Shown here piece after piece: positions 28,560 through 38,178 of a stretch of 64,000 nucleotides of DNA. The stretch is taken from contig CAYNND010000002.1 in the NCBI GenBank assembly GCA_964398775.1, positions 8,242 to 72,241 of the forward strand, in the 5' to 3' direction. Numbering within the stretch: position 1 is the stretch's first letter; each line of letters opens with the position of its first letter. The notes beneath the pieces were generated by a model that did no database searches, was not told where the DNA came from, and worked only from the letters and a program-made list of their open reading frames with translations. A program made the position numbers and the translations under genes. Source of the DNA: an uncultured Candidatus Saccharibacteria bacterium (lineage in GTDB: Bacteria > Patescibacteriota > Minisyncoccia > Phycocordibacterales > UBA2100).

Positions 28560-30626
28560 TTACCTCACCCTGACCTTCTTTGCTTTACACGGCTCTTTTG
28601 TATAGAGGTTCCCATCTACCTTAAGGCGTAGCGTTAGCGTACCTGTGCGAGACGGTGTCACTGTGGCTGATGTAGCATCACCTACATTTCCATCATACTT
28701 TGTGCTTGTTCGCGGAGTTGTATCCACTGTGACTCGCTTCGCGTTTGAGACTGACCAAGAAACTTCTATCGGTTCTCCTTTCTTTACTCGATACAGACCA
28801 CCTGTTGTTTCTGGAGCATCAATTTCAAATGACTCACAAGCTACCTGGTTCACCACTTCATTACCGAACGGGTTTGTAAATGGCTTTGGCTGGAACATCT
28901 GCATCAGGCGCTGCATGAGGGATGGGTCTTGCTGCTGCGCACCTTGCTGACCTTGACTACCTTGTCCTTGCCCTTTCTGAGCCATTTGCTTTGCAAGCTG
29001 GGACAGCGGGTCCTGCTGCTTACCATTTTGACCTTGCTGTCCATTTTGAGGCCCGCCTCCAGTTTGGCTGCCTCCAGGGCCTGATGGAGGTCTGTTTTGC
29101 GGAGGTTGACATGGCTGCTTTTCTGGCTGACATGGAGGTGTCGGAGGCGGGGGTGGCGTTTTTGTCTCTGGAGCTTTTGGGGTGCATTGACCTTGGTTGC
29201 ATTGGTGAGTTTTCAAATCACATGAGGCACACGACACTTGTCTGATAGGGTCACATTTTTTCTGTGCATTTGTTCGTCCGGGCTCCTGTGTATCCTCGGT
29301 GACACAAGCATCACCCTCTTTTGGCTCATTTCTTCCAGGTGTAAAGTCTCTTGGTTTTGGAGTTTCTTTCTTTTTGCAAGAAACTGCTGTCGGACTTCCC
29401 CCTTCTTGCTCTTCGTCAGTGTTGCACTTGCACTCACCCCTTCCCATAAAGGTGCCGGCAGAACAGTGCGGGAGAACTTTCGGTGCATCAGGTGCCTTGT
29501 CTATACAGCCACTTGTTCCTGGTACTTTATTTCCAGTACACACTTCACAGTATGCAGGGCCTGCATGCCAGAATCCATTCTTTTTTCGACATCCTGCAGG
29601 ACCATCATCTGCGTCAGGTGGTCGTGAATGTGGCGCTCGTACACATCTACCGAACTGCATCTCTTGGCCTGATGGACATACGCCGCAGGCGATGTCAGTG
29701 AGACGTTTTTGCTCGTCTTTCTCTTGCGCAGTAGCGCCTCGATTATTCTGCAGACATACCATTGCAAAATCCGGCGCGTTTTCATCAAGTTGCTTACGTA
29801 AGGCCGCACAAGCATTTGGATCACTTGGACCTGAGCCAGCACACTGAGCCGAATAATTTCTTATTTTTTCGCTGAGTGCTTGTGGAGTAAGCACTGTCGC
29901 GTGGTTCTTGTATTTTTTACAATCGACAAGACCGATTGCCGCTTTCTGGCCTCGCTGAATCACACAGTGTCTTACCTGCGGGTATGTACCGCCACCAGTA
30001 ATTTGTGTCTCTGTTCGTGCTCGAGTGCCTGGGGCGTATTTAAATGATACTGAAGTTGCTGTAGGGTTTTCTGCTGTATTTTTATTGCATACATAGTGCA
30101 GATAATAGTTTCCCATAGGAATTCCGGCGACAACTAACTTATTCTCCTCTCCAAGCGTTACGTTGGTTGGAAATGTAGATACATTAAAGTTAATGGCATA
30201 CTTTGTTGCCATAGGTGAGCCTGAGGCTCTCTGTGTATATTCACAGGTATATTCCGGGGTTAGCGGTGGCGCCACAGCAACAGGAGCACGAGCAGTCTCG
30301 CAGCGTATCCACTTCTGCTCTTCAAGATTTCGCTCAATATAATCACCAGTATGTGTACCGACACGGATATCAGCTGTCTTATCCTCGTTACATGCTGCGA
30401 AGACTTCAAATTCGGTATCCATAGTGCAGCGCACACCCTGCATTACCCTGAGGATATCATTATACTCAGTGGTGCCTCTTCCGACGGAACCAGTCTTCTC
30501 TCGAATTGTGTGTATTTGCTTTTCAGCATCACACTCAACGAAGTAATGAAACTCTGCTGCAGAAGCAACTTGAGCAGATACGCAAAAGAAACATATACAG
30601 ATAATGCACCTGAGTGTATTCATCAT
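28560..30626 (-). CDS. large secreted cysteine-rich modular protein (paralog B)
   Basis: Signal peptide 'MMNTLRCIICICFFCVSAQVASA'. It has a Cys-rich module 'C.TEDT.E.G....C.P.RQ..C..C' and a C-terminal domain ('ACESFEIDAP...VSWSVSNAKRVTVDTTPRTSTKYD') that align with paralog A, plus a P/Q/G-rich linker. No terminator lies between A and B, so co-transcription is likely. Confidence 0.7.
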   Translation of the reverse strand: MMNTLRCIICICFFCVSAQVASAAEFHYFVECDAEKQIHTIREKTGSVGRGTTEYNDILRVMQGVRCTMDTEFEVFAACNEDKTADIRVGTHTGDYIERNLEEQKWIRCETARAPVAVAPPLTPEYTCEYTQRASGSPMATKYAINFNVSTFPTNVTLGEENKLVVAGIPMGNYYLHYVCNKNTAENPTATSVSFKYAPGTRARTETQITGGGTYPQVRHCVIQRGQKAAIGLVDCKKYKNHATVLTPQALSEKIRNYSAQCAGSGPSDPNACAALRKQLDENAPDFAMVCLQNNRGATAQEKDEQKRLTDIACGVCPSGQEMQFGRCVRAPHSRPPDADDGPAGCRKKNGFWHAGPAYCEVCTGNKVPGTSGCIDKAPDAPKVLPHCSAGTFMGRGECKCNTDEEQEGGSPTAVSCKKKETPKPRDFTPGRNEPKEGDACVTEDTQEPGRTNAQKKCDPIRQVSCASCDLKTHQCNQGQCTPKAPETKTPPPPPTPPCQPEKQPCQPPQNRPPSGPGGSQTGGGPQNGQQGQNGKQQDPLSQLAKQMAQKGQGQGSQGQQGAQQQDPSLMQRLMQMFQPKPFTNPFGNEVVNQVACESFEIDAPETTGGLYRVKKGEPIEVSWSVSNAKRVTVDTTPRTSTKYDGNVGDATSATVTPSRTGTLTLRLKVDGNLYTKEPCKAKKVRVR

Positions 30627-30650
30627 GACACCAATGGTATCATGCTTTTT

Positions 30651-31919
30651 TTAGTAGTTCTCGAGTTGCTCGGCGTATGAGTGGAGGCGGATGCGCTCAA
30701 GTGCCTTTGCTTCAATCTGTCGGATACGCTCACGCGTCACACCGAACATCTTACCTACTTCTTCGAGTGTGTGGCAGACGCCGTCGATAAGTCCATTGCG
30801 CATTTCAAGAATCTTTCGCTCTTTTGGTGAAAGCTCATTCAAGACTTCTGCAAGCTGCTCATTCAAGATACGGTTTGCAGCCTGTCTATCTGGTGCCTCT
30901 ATAGAATCGTCAGCAATAAAGGAGCCAAGTGTTGCCTTTTCATCATCATCACCGACTGGTGACTCGAGAGAGACGGTTGCTTGGTTGATTTTTTGGATGT
31001 GATAGACCTTGTCCACATCGATACCCATCTCCACTGCGATTTCCTCTGCAAGTGGCTCACGCCCGAGATGCTGACTGAGTTCTCGCACTTTCTGTTTGTA
31101 CTTTGCGATAGTTTCAACCATGTGCACTGGAATACGGATAGTGCGTGACTGGTCAGCGAGTGCACGAGTAATCGCTTGGCGAATCCACCACGTAGCGTAT
31201 GTAGAAAACTTGAAGCCCTTTGAGTAGTCGAATTTATCGACTGCCTTGAAGAGTCCGAGGTTACCTTCCTGTATGAGGTCGAGGAGTGTGAGGTCAGGAC
31301 TGCGGTTGACATACTTCTTTGCAATAGAGACAACGAGGCGGAGGTTTGAACGTACGAGAATGTTTCGAGCTTCTGAGTCACCATTCATTATGCGCTTTGC
31401 AAGGTCCTTCTCTTGCTGCGCGTTGATGAGGGGGTATTGGCCAATCTCGCGAAGGTACATGTGCACCGAATCACGTGATGAATCGCGGCCACCTAGGCGA
31501 CGTGTATCGAGGAGCTCATCAGCTTTGTCGTCAAGAATGTTTCCAGTCTCAAGGACGTCAATTCCTGCAGTACTAAACATTTCATACATCTCTTCCAAGA
31601 AGAGCACGTCACTTTCAATCGTAGGAAATTCGCGAAGAATCTCGTCATACGTTATGTACCCACGCTCTTTTCCTTTTGCAAGAATCTGTGCAGCCTTTTC
31701 TTCCTTACTCCCCGGCTTTGGAGGAGTTGTGGGTTTCTGCTGAACAGCAACTTTTTTTTCAAGTTTCTTCTCAATCTTCTTAGCAGGCGCAGTTTTCTGA
31801 GGAGTTTTTTTTGCGATGACTTTTACTGGGGCTGTTTTTTTCGGTGCACTCTTCTTCACCACACTTTTCTTCGGTGCTGACTTTTTTTTCTCTACTGACT
31901 TTTTCTTTTTTGTTGCCAT
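30651..31919 (-). CDS. rpoD: RNA polymerase sigma factor RpoD (sigma-70) with Lys/Ala-rich N-terminal tail
   Basis: Regions 2-4 are conserved: '[19 protein letters not shown]', '[10 protein letters not shown]' and '[20 protein letters not shown]'. The N-terminal ~70 aa are KK/AKK repeats. The ATG at 31919 (MATKKKK) was chosen. Confidence 0.9.
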   Translation of the reverse strand: MATKKKKSVEKKKSAPKKSVVKKSAPKKTAPVKVIAKKTPQKTAPAKKIEKKLEKKVAVQQKPTTPPKPGSKEEKAAQILAKGKERGYITYDEILREFPTIESDVLFLEEMYEMFSTAGIDVLETGNILDDKADELLDTRRLGGRDSSRDSVHMYLREIGQYPLINAQQEKDLAKRIMNGDSEARNILVRSNLRLVVSIAKKYVNRSPDLTLLDLIQEGNLGLFKAVDKFDYSKGFKFSTYATWWIRQAITRALADQSRTIRIPVHMVETIAKYKQKVRELSQHLGREPLAEEIAVEMGIDVDKVYHIQKINQATVSLESPVGDDDEKATLGSFIADDSIEAPDRQAANRILNEQLAEVLNELSPKERKILEMRNGLIDGVCHTLEEVGKMFGVTRERIRQIEAKALERIRLHSYAEQLENY

Positions 31920-32097
31920 TGTTGTATGTGTCGCGAGTGCGACGTGTCTTACACATCCGTACAAGAATCAGCACCCTACCCTAAAAATCGCTCTATTGCA
32001 AGGTATTTTCTCCTTTTGTCTGTGAATTAAGGGGATAACATGTGGAAAACTTTGCAGCCACCTTGCCAGAGCCTTAAAAATATGGCTTAAAATAAGA

Positions 32098-33798
32098 CTA
32101 GTGGAGTAGTGAGCGCTTTTTCCTCAATTCCTCTAGCTTAGTGAGCGCAGCCATGAGATACGTCTCGTCTGCCCCTACTTGAGCACTCTTGAGCTGCGCC
32201 TCTGCTTCCTTTGTTTCTACATCAAGCGCGTAGAGCTGGGCCCTTCTGAGAAGCAGTTCCCCATGCTCAAGGATATGGCGAGGGTCAAGTTTTGTTTCAA
32301 ACTCATGCTCGAGTACAACAGCTACTTCATTTGCAACAGCATCTCGGGGCGGAAGTTTCGCCGAGAAGACAGAATCGAGAAACGCAGCATATCGAGCATC
32401 CTGTAGACGCTGTAGCCATGACACAAACACAGTGAGCGATGTGAATGGATCATGTTTTTGTATGGGGAGGCGTTGCGCGTTTTGCTGTGCGTGTGTGTTC
32501 AATTCTTTTTCGTGATGCACGGCTCGTTCGCGAAACGATGCAGCAAGCGATTCGTATGAAACTCCTGCTGTTGTCGCAAGTGAACGGAGCGTATGCTCAC
32601 GTTCGACTGGCGACTGAATATCCGTTATGACTGGAAAGAGCTCTGCCTCAATGAGGCGGCCAAATATACGCGGATCTCCCTCTGAGCGTTCTTTCAAGAT
32701 TTGCGTGAGGAAGTCTACGACAAATGTCGCATTCCTGATTATCTCCTTGAGTGCATCAGCACCCCCCTGTTCGACAATTGCTGAAGCATCTTTGCCACCG
32801 ATGAAGCGCGCAACTTTAACGTCAAAACCATGTTGCAAAGAAAGGCGTGCACTCTTTATTGCTGCAGCGATGCCTGCACCATCACCATCAAGCGCGATGA
32901 TTATGTTTTTTGAAATGCGCCCAAGGAGTTGTGCATGCTCCTCAGTGAGTGCAGTCCCTGAAAGTGCTACAGCGTTGCTATACCCTACCTGGTGGCAGGC
33001 AATCAAATCCATCTGGCCCTCGACAAGCAAGGTGCAGTTAAACTTACGAATACCAGTCTTTGCGCGGTCAAAGCCGTACAAAAACTTTGATTTATGAAAA
33101 AGCACAGTCTCTGGAGTATTCACATATTTTGCTTCTTTTTCATCGCCGTTCCATATACGCCCTGAAAAACCGACTACGCGTCCGACACTATCAAACAGAG
33201 GAAACATGATGCGAGAACGGAACCTGTCATACGCTCCCTTTTCACCTTTAACGACAAGTCCAGCTTGTTCAAGCTGAAGAAGTGAGTGGCTGGGAAGGAG
33301 CGCGTCGTGAATATGCCTCCACCCGTCTGGCGCAAAACCTATTTTAAAACCTTCGATTGACTCGTCGGTGAGTCCACGCTTTTTGAGATACGCCTGTATC
33401 TCAGTGCTTCGAAGTCGCTCACGCATATACCACTGAGTTGCTGCCTCGAGCACATCATGGAGCGCATCTTTTTCATCTTTCGTTGGTCCTTTTTTCCCAT
33501 CGAAGACAAGTTGTACACCTGCGCGTTCTGCTAGTGTCTTGAGTGCACCTTTAAAGTCGGTACCCTCCATCTTTTCGACAAAGGTAAAGATATCGCCATG
33601 TTCCCCGCAGCCAAAACAATGGTAACTCTGCCGTGTCGGTGACACCACAAAACTTGGTGTTTTTTCACCATGAAATGGGCACCGAGCTTTCCATGTTGAG
33701 CCTGCTTTCAGGAGTTTAATGTATGAAGATAGAACCTCAACAATGTCGAGCTTGTCTTTTATCTGTTCAACGGCGGTACTCACTGCCCCATTATACAC
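32098..33798 (-). CDS. dnaG: DNA primase
   Basis: CHC2 zinc finger 'CPFHGEKTPSFVV' and a Toprim domain 'LVEGQMDLI...LDGDGAG'. The longest ORF (to 33882) overlaps the upstream gene by 62 nt. By analogy to DnaG N-termini the real start is probably an internal GTG (about 33783-33798), and 33798 was chosen. Confidence 0.8.
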   Translation of the reverse strand: MYNGAVSTAVEQIKDKLDIVEVLSSYIKLLKAGSTWKARCPFHGEKTPSFVVSPTRQSYHCFGCGEHGDIFTFVEKMEGTDFKGALKTLAERAGVQLVFDGKKGPTKDEKDALHDVLEAATQWYMRERLRSTEIQAYLKKRGLTDESIEGFKIGFAPDGWRHIHDALLPSHSLLQLEQAGLVVKGEKGAYDRFRSRIMFPLFDSVGRVVGFSGRIWNGDEKEAKYVNTPETVLFHKSKFLYGFDRAKTGIRKFNCTLLVEGQMDLIACHQVGYSNAVALSGTALTEEHAQLLGRISKNIIIALDGDGAGIAAAIKSARLSLQHGFDVKVARFIGGKDASAIVEQGGADALKEIIRNATFVVDFLTQILKERSEGDPRIFGRLIEAELFPVITDIQSPVEREHTLRSLATTAGVSYESLAASFRERAVHHEKELNTHAQQNAQRLPIQKHDPFTSLTVFVSWLQRLQDARYAAFLDSVFSAKLPPRDAVANEVAVVLEHEFETKLDPRHILEHGELLLRRAQLYALDVETKEAEAQLKSAQVGADETYLMAALTKLEELRKKRSLLH

Positions 33799-33820
33799 GA
33801 GCACTATTCGCCAGCGAACA

Positions 33821-34399
33821 TTATCGTTTATGAGTAGAAAGTAGCATCCGTTCAAGCATACGAGCAGCGGATTGCATTTCATTGTGGAGCGTATGGCCTT
33901 GAGGATACTTCTTCCGAAGTAGTGCCTTCAGTGCATACATGACAGACCGTGCGTTGTTCGCGGGAACAGTCACATCATCTACATAGCACAGACTTCCTGA
34001 AGTGCCATGCTCGTAGCGCAGATTACCGGCACCAGCTAAATCGACACGAAAGCCCATGTGCTGTATTGCATCCAAATCTCTACGCGTGGTGTGAGGGATA
34101 TTTTTCCATGAACCACGATACGCATCGCCTTCGATATACTTTTTTTCTTCAGTGAATGCCTCATCGTCAAGCGTATCTATTGGAACTATAGTTTTCGGAA
34201 ACAGCGCAGCAAGGATTTTGTGAAAATAGTAGCGCGATTGGATATACGTCCGCTCTTCTAGACTCAGCGGTTGCTCTTTCGACATTTTCACTCCTGTGAC
34301 AGTGTTTGGAATGTGTATGTGCTCAACGCGCGCTCGCTCAGGGTTATCTTGAACGCGAAAGACTTTCTTGTGTGCCCCTTCACGATACTGCTCTTTCAT
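33821..34399 (-). CDS. hypothetical protein
   Basis: 192 aa with no recognisable motif. Lies between rpoC and dnaG on the same strand. Confidence 0.4.
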   Translation of the reverse strand: MKEQYREGAHKKVFRVQDNPERARVEHIHIPNTVTGVKMSKEQPLSLEERTYIQSRYYFHKILAALFPKTIVPIDTLDDEAFTEEKKYIEGDAYRGSWKNIPHTTRRDLDAIQHMGFRVDLAGAGNLRYEHGTSGSLCYVDDVTVPANNARSVMYALKALLRKKYPQGHTLHNEMQSAARMLERMLLSTHKR

Positions 34400-34463
34400 G
34401 AAAGTATCCTAACACAAAACAACCGCCTCACGGCGGTTGTTTTTGCATATACGTGAGCAGTAC

Positions 34464-37400
34464 TTACTCTTCTTTTACAGAAAGGTCAGCTGCTGCGCGT
34501 GCTGCATCTTCTGCTGCGACGCGTGCGATGATTCCTTCTTGAATTTTCTGAGTCATTGCCTGCTTCTTGCTCCCCACAAATCCAGTACCGGCTGGAATCG
34601 TACGACCAACAATGACGTTCTCGTTGAGACCAGTCAAGAGGTCGATTGAACCTTTTACCGCAGCTTCTGTAAGCTTACGAGTTGTGTTCTGGAATGATGT
34701 AGAAGAGAGCCATGAGTTACGAGTGAGGGCAACATCAGTAATACCCAAGACATCTTGGTCTGCTTTGATGCCTTCCTTTCCACTTGTCTCAAGCTCTTCG
34801 TTTACGCGAGTGAGCAAGCCCTCCTCAATGTATGTGCCCGCAGTGAACTTACTGTCACCTGAGCTCTTAATGTAGCGTCGTGAGAACATCTGCTTCACGA
34901 TAACCTCAAGGTGCTTACGAGAGACGTTGATGCCTTGCAGGTCGTAAATCTTCAAGATTTCAGAAATGATGTACTCTCGTGCCTTGTCGATTCCGGCATA
35001 CTTGTAAAACTCTTCAATATCTGCTGAACCGTCTGTCAGGAATTGGCCCTTCTCAACTGCCTGACCAGATTTCACTGTGATAGTTCGCAGTGGTGGTACG
35101 ACGTATGCCAAGTCCTTCTTTGCACGCTTACTACCACCCTCTGGCAAGATAGTAATAGTTTTGACACCATTATCATCAAGGATTTCACCGATAACACCAT
35201 CGAGGTGCGCAATGACTGCAGGGTTCTTAGGAATGCGTCGGTCGAAGACCTCTTCTACACGAGGGAGACCTTGTGTGATGTCTCCACCTGCTGTAACTGA
35301 ACCGTGGGCGTGCTTAGTGTTCATCGTGAGCTGTGTCGATGGCTCTCCAAGACTTTGCGCAGCGATTGTTCCAACTGCTTCTCCGAGGTCAACAAGTTGG
35401 TTCGTAGTTACATCATGTCCGTAGCAGAGCTGACAGACTCCTTGAGTCAATTTACAAGTCATTGGTGAGCGTACAACGACACTCGTGATGCCCTTTGCCT
35501 CCAAGTCTTGCGCCTGAAGTGCGGTAAGCAGATGTCCACGCTTGAACAATGTCTCATTATTCTCAACAATATCTTCAGCAAGTACACGACCCTTGATGTT
35601 CTTCGCGATTGAAACTTCGATGCCAAGTGCGTTTGTCTTACTGATGACGATGCCTGACTTAGTACCACAATCATTCTTTGTGACAACCACATCTTGCGCA
35701 ACGTTGAAGAGTCGGCGTGTGAGGTAACCAGCCTGCGCTGTCTTGAGCGCTGTATCTGCGAGACCTTTACGTGAACCGTGCGTTGTAATGAAGTACTCAA
35801 TCGGTGTTAGACCCTCTTTGAGAGATGAAAGAATTGGGAATTCGATAATTTCACCCTTTGGGTTCTGGATGAGACCTTTCATTCCAATCATCATCGTAAG
35901 CTGTCCAATAGAACCACGAGCACCAGAGGTGATCATGTCTGCTACTGAACCATTTGGATCAAGTGCCTCAGGAACAATCTTTTCAACATCACTCTTCGCC
36001 TTCTGCCAGATAGCAATGACGAGTCGGCGGCGCTCAGTGTCTGAGAGCAAACCATTCTCGAAGTTTTCAACAACCTTTTCTGCCTCCACCTTTGCTGCGT
36101 CGATGATTCCATCTTTCTTTGGTGGTGTTGCGAGGTCGCCAAGACTCCATGTGATACCAGCGTATGTTGCGTACTTGAAACCGAACTTCTTTATCTTGTC
36201 GAGAATAGATGGAATACCATCAAGTCCGTAGATATCGATGAGCTGGTCTACAAGTGCCTTCATGCGCTTGTTGGTAATCACTTCGTTGACGAATGGGAAG
36301 TCATCTGGAAGTACTGAGTTGAAGAGCAATCGTCCGATTGTTGTCTCAAATGTCTTACCACCAAATGGAGCATATTTTTTATGGTCAGGTCGTGGGAGGA
36401 CAATTATCTTTGCGCGCATGTCGATAACTCCGAAGTCGAACGCGGTAATTGCTGCGTTTGGTGACTCGTAGTAACGCCCCTCACCTTTCGCACCACCGAG
36501 CTCCTTAGTCATCCAGTAACAGCCGAGAATGATGTCTTGGCGAGGCGCAGTGACAACGTCACCAGAACCAGGCTTCAAGATATTCTTCTTTGCTGACATG
36601 ATTTCACGAGCTTCAGCTTGTGCCTCTTCTGAAAGCGGCACGTGGACTGCCATCTGGTCACCATCGAAGTCCGCGTTAAAGGCAGAACAGACGAGTGGGT
36701 GAACCTGGATAGAGTTACCTTCGATGAGAACCGGTCGAAACGCTTGGATAGACTGTCGGTGGAGTGTCGGCGCACGGTTCAAGAGCACGTACCGAGAAGA
36801 AATAACCTCTTCAAGTATTGCCCACACTTCTGGAATACCATCTTCGATGAGTCGTGACGCGCCGCGAATGTTGAATGCAAGCTCGCGCTTCAAGAGACCA
36901 GAGATAACAAATGGTCGGAAGAGCTCAAGTGCCATGTGCTTTGGAAGACCACATTGGTCAAGTTCGAGATCTGGACCAACCACAATCACTGAACGTCCAG
37001 AGTAGTCTACACGCTTACCGAGCAAGTTCTGTCGGAAGTACCCTTGCTTACCCTTGAGGTAATCTGCAAGTGACTTGAGTGGGCGTCGCTGTGCAGGACC
37101 CATCGCTGGAGACTGACCGCCACGCTTAATCGTGTTGTCGATGAGCGCGTCAACTGCTTCTTGCATGATGCGCTTCTCGTTTCGGAGAATGACATCAGGT
37201 GCATGAATTGCAATAAGCTTCTTCAAGCGGTTGTTTCGGTTGATGACGCGGCGATAGAGGTCGTTTATATCAGATGATGCATGGCGTCCACCTTCAAGTG
37301 CAACCATAGGTCTAAGCGCTGGTGGAATCACTGGAATCTTTGTGAGGAACATCCACTCAGGGCGTAGGTCCGCATTCAAGAGTTGTTCGACAAGTGCAAG

Positions 37401-38168
37401 TCGCTTCTCAAGCTTTTCGCGGTCAGTAGCACTCGCCTTTTCAAGGCGCTTTCGAAGCTCAACAGCCAAATCATCAAGATCAACCTTACTTAAGATATCG
37501 AAGATTGCTTCAGCACCGATACGTGCCTCAAACAGTCCTCCGTACTTCAAAGAAAAGCGGTGATACGTAGCCTCATCAAGCACTGTGTGCATGACAACAC
37601 TTTCAATCTCATGCTTTGCCTCAAGTGCCTTCTCCTTCAACGCATCTTTATCTTCTGCCTTTTCAAGTGATTTCAGTTTTCGCTGATACTCTGCCTCGAG
37701 ATCTTTGAGCAAGCGCTCTTTCTCACTTTCAACGACACGAGTTACGATATACCCTGCAAAGTAGACTACTTTCTCAACGTCAGGAGCTGAAAGGCCCATG
37801 ATGAGAGCGATACGTGACGGAACTCCACGGAGGAACCAGATATGTGACACTGGAACTGCAAGGTCGATATGACCCATGCGCTCGCGGCGTACTATTGCTC
37901 GAGTGACTTCAACGCCACACTTCTCACAGACAATGCCACGGAAGCGAATACCTCGGTACTTACCACAGTAACACTCGTAGTCTTTTTCAGGACCAAAAAT
38001 CTTTTCATCAAAGAGACCTGAACGCTCTGGTCTCTGTGTGCGGTAGTTGATTGTCTCCGGCTTGGTGACCTCTCCATATGACCACTCCTCAATTCTACTT
38101 GGGGATGCCAACTTGATGCTGATTGCATCGAAGTTGTTTGTGATGTCTTGTTTCTTTTTGAATGCCAT
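34464..38168 (-). CDS. rpoC: DNA-directed RNA polymerase subunit beta'
   Basis: 1234 aa with zinc-binding 'CYCGKYRGIRFRGIVCEKCG' and the catalytic 'NADFDGDQMAVH'. Confidence 0.95.
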   Translation of the reverse strand: MAFKKKQDITNNFDAISIKLASPSRIEEWSYGEVTKPETINYRTQRPERSGLFDEKIFGPEKDYECYCGKYRGIRFRGIVCEKCGVEVTRAIVRRERMGHIDLAVPVSHIWFLRGVPSRIALIMGLSAPDVEKVVYFAGYIVTRVVESEKERLLKDLEAEYQRKLKSLEKAEDKDALKEKALEAKHEIESVVMHTVLDEATYHRFSLKYGGLFEARIGAEAIFDILSKVDLDDLAVELRKRLEKASATDREKLEKRLALVEQLLNADLRPEWMFLTKIPVIPPALRPMVALEGGRHASSDINDLYRRVINRNNRLKKLIAIHAPDVILRNEKRIMQEAVDALIDNTIKRGGQSPAMGPAQRRPLKSLADYLKGKQGYFRQNLLGKRVDYSGRSVIVVGPDLELDQCGLPKHMALELFRPFVISGLLKRELAFNIRGASRLIEDGIPEVWAILEEVISSRYVLLNRAPTLHRQSIQAFRPVLIEGNSIQVHPLVCSAFNADFDGDQMAVHVPLSEEAQAEAREIMSAKKNILKPGSGDVVTAPRQDIILGCYWMTKELGGAKGEGRYYESPNAAITAFDFGVIDMRAKIIVLPRPDHKKYAPFGGKTFETTIGRLLFNSVLPDDFPFVNEVITNKRMKALVDQLIDIYGLDGIPSILDKIKKFGFKYATYAGITWSLGDLATPPKKDGIIDAAKVEAEKVVENFENGLLSDTERRRLVIAIWQKAKSDVEKIVPEALDPNGSVADMITSGARGSIGQLTMMIGMKGLIQNPKGEIIEFPILSSLKEGLTPIEYFITTHGSRKGLADTALKTAQAGYLTRRLFNVAQDVVVTKNDCGTKSGIVISKTNALGIEVSIAKNIKGRVLAEDIVENNETLFKRGHLLTALQAQDLEAKGITSVVVRSPMTCKLTQGVCQLCYGHDVTTNQLVDLGEAVGTIAAQSLGEPSTQLTMNTKHAHGSVTAGGDITQGLPRVEEVFDRRIPKNPAVIAHLDGVIGEILDDNGVKTITILPEGGSKRAKKDLAYVVPPLRTITVKSGQAVEKGQFLTDGSADIEEFYKYAGIDKAREYIISEILKIYDLQGINVSRKHLEVIVKQMFSRRYIKSSGDSKFTAGTYIEEGLLTRVNEELETSGKEGIKADQDVLGITDVALTRNSWLSSTSFQNTTRKLTEAAVKGSIDLLTGLNENVIVGRTIPAGTGFVGSKKQAMTQKIQEGIIARVAAEDAARAAADLSVKEE

Positions 38169-38178
38169 AGTGGTGTAC

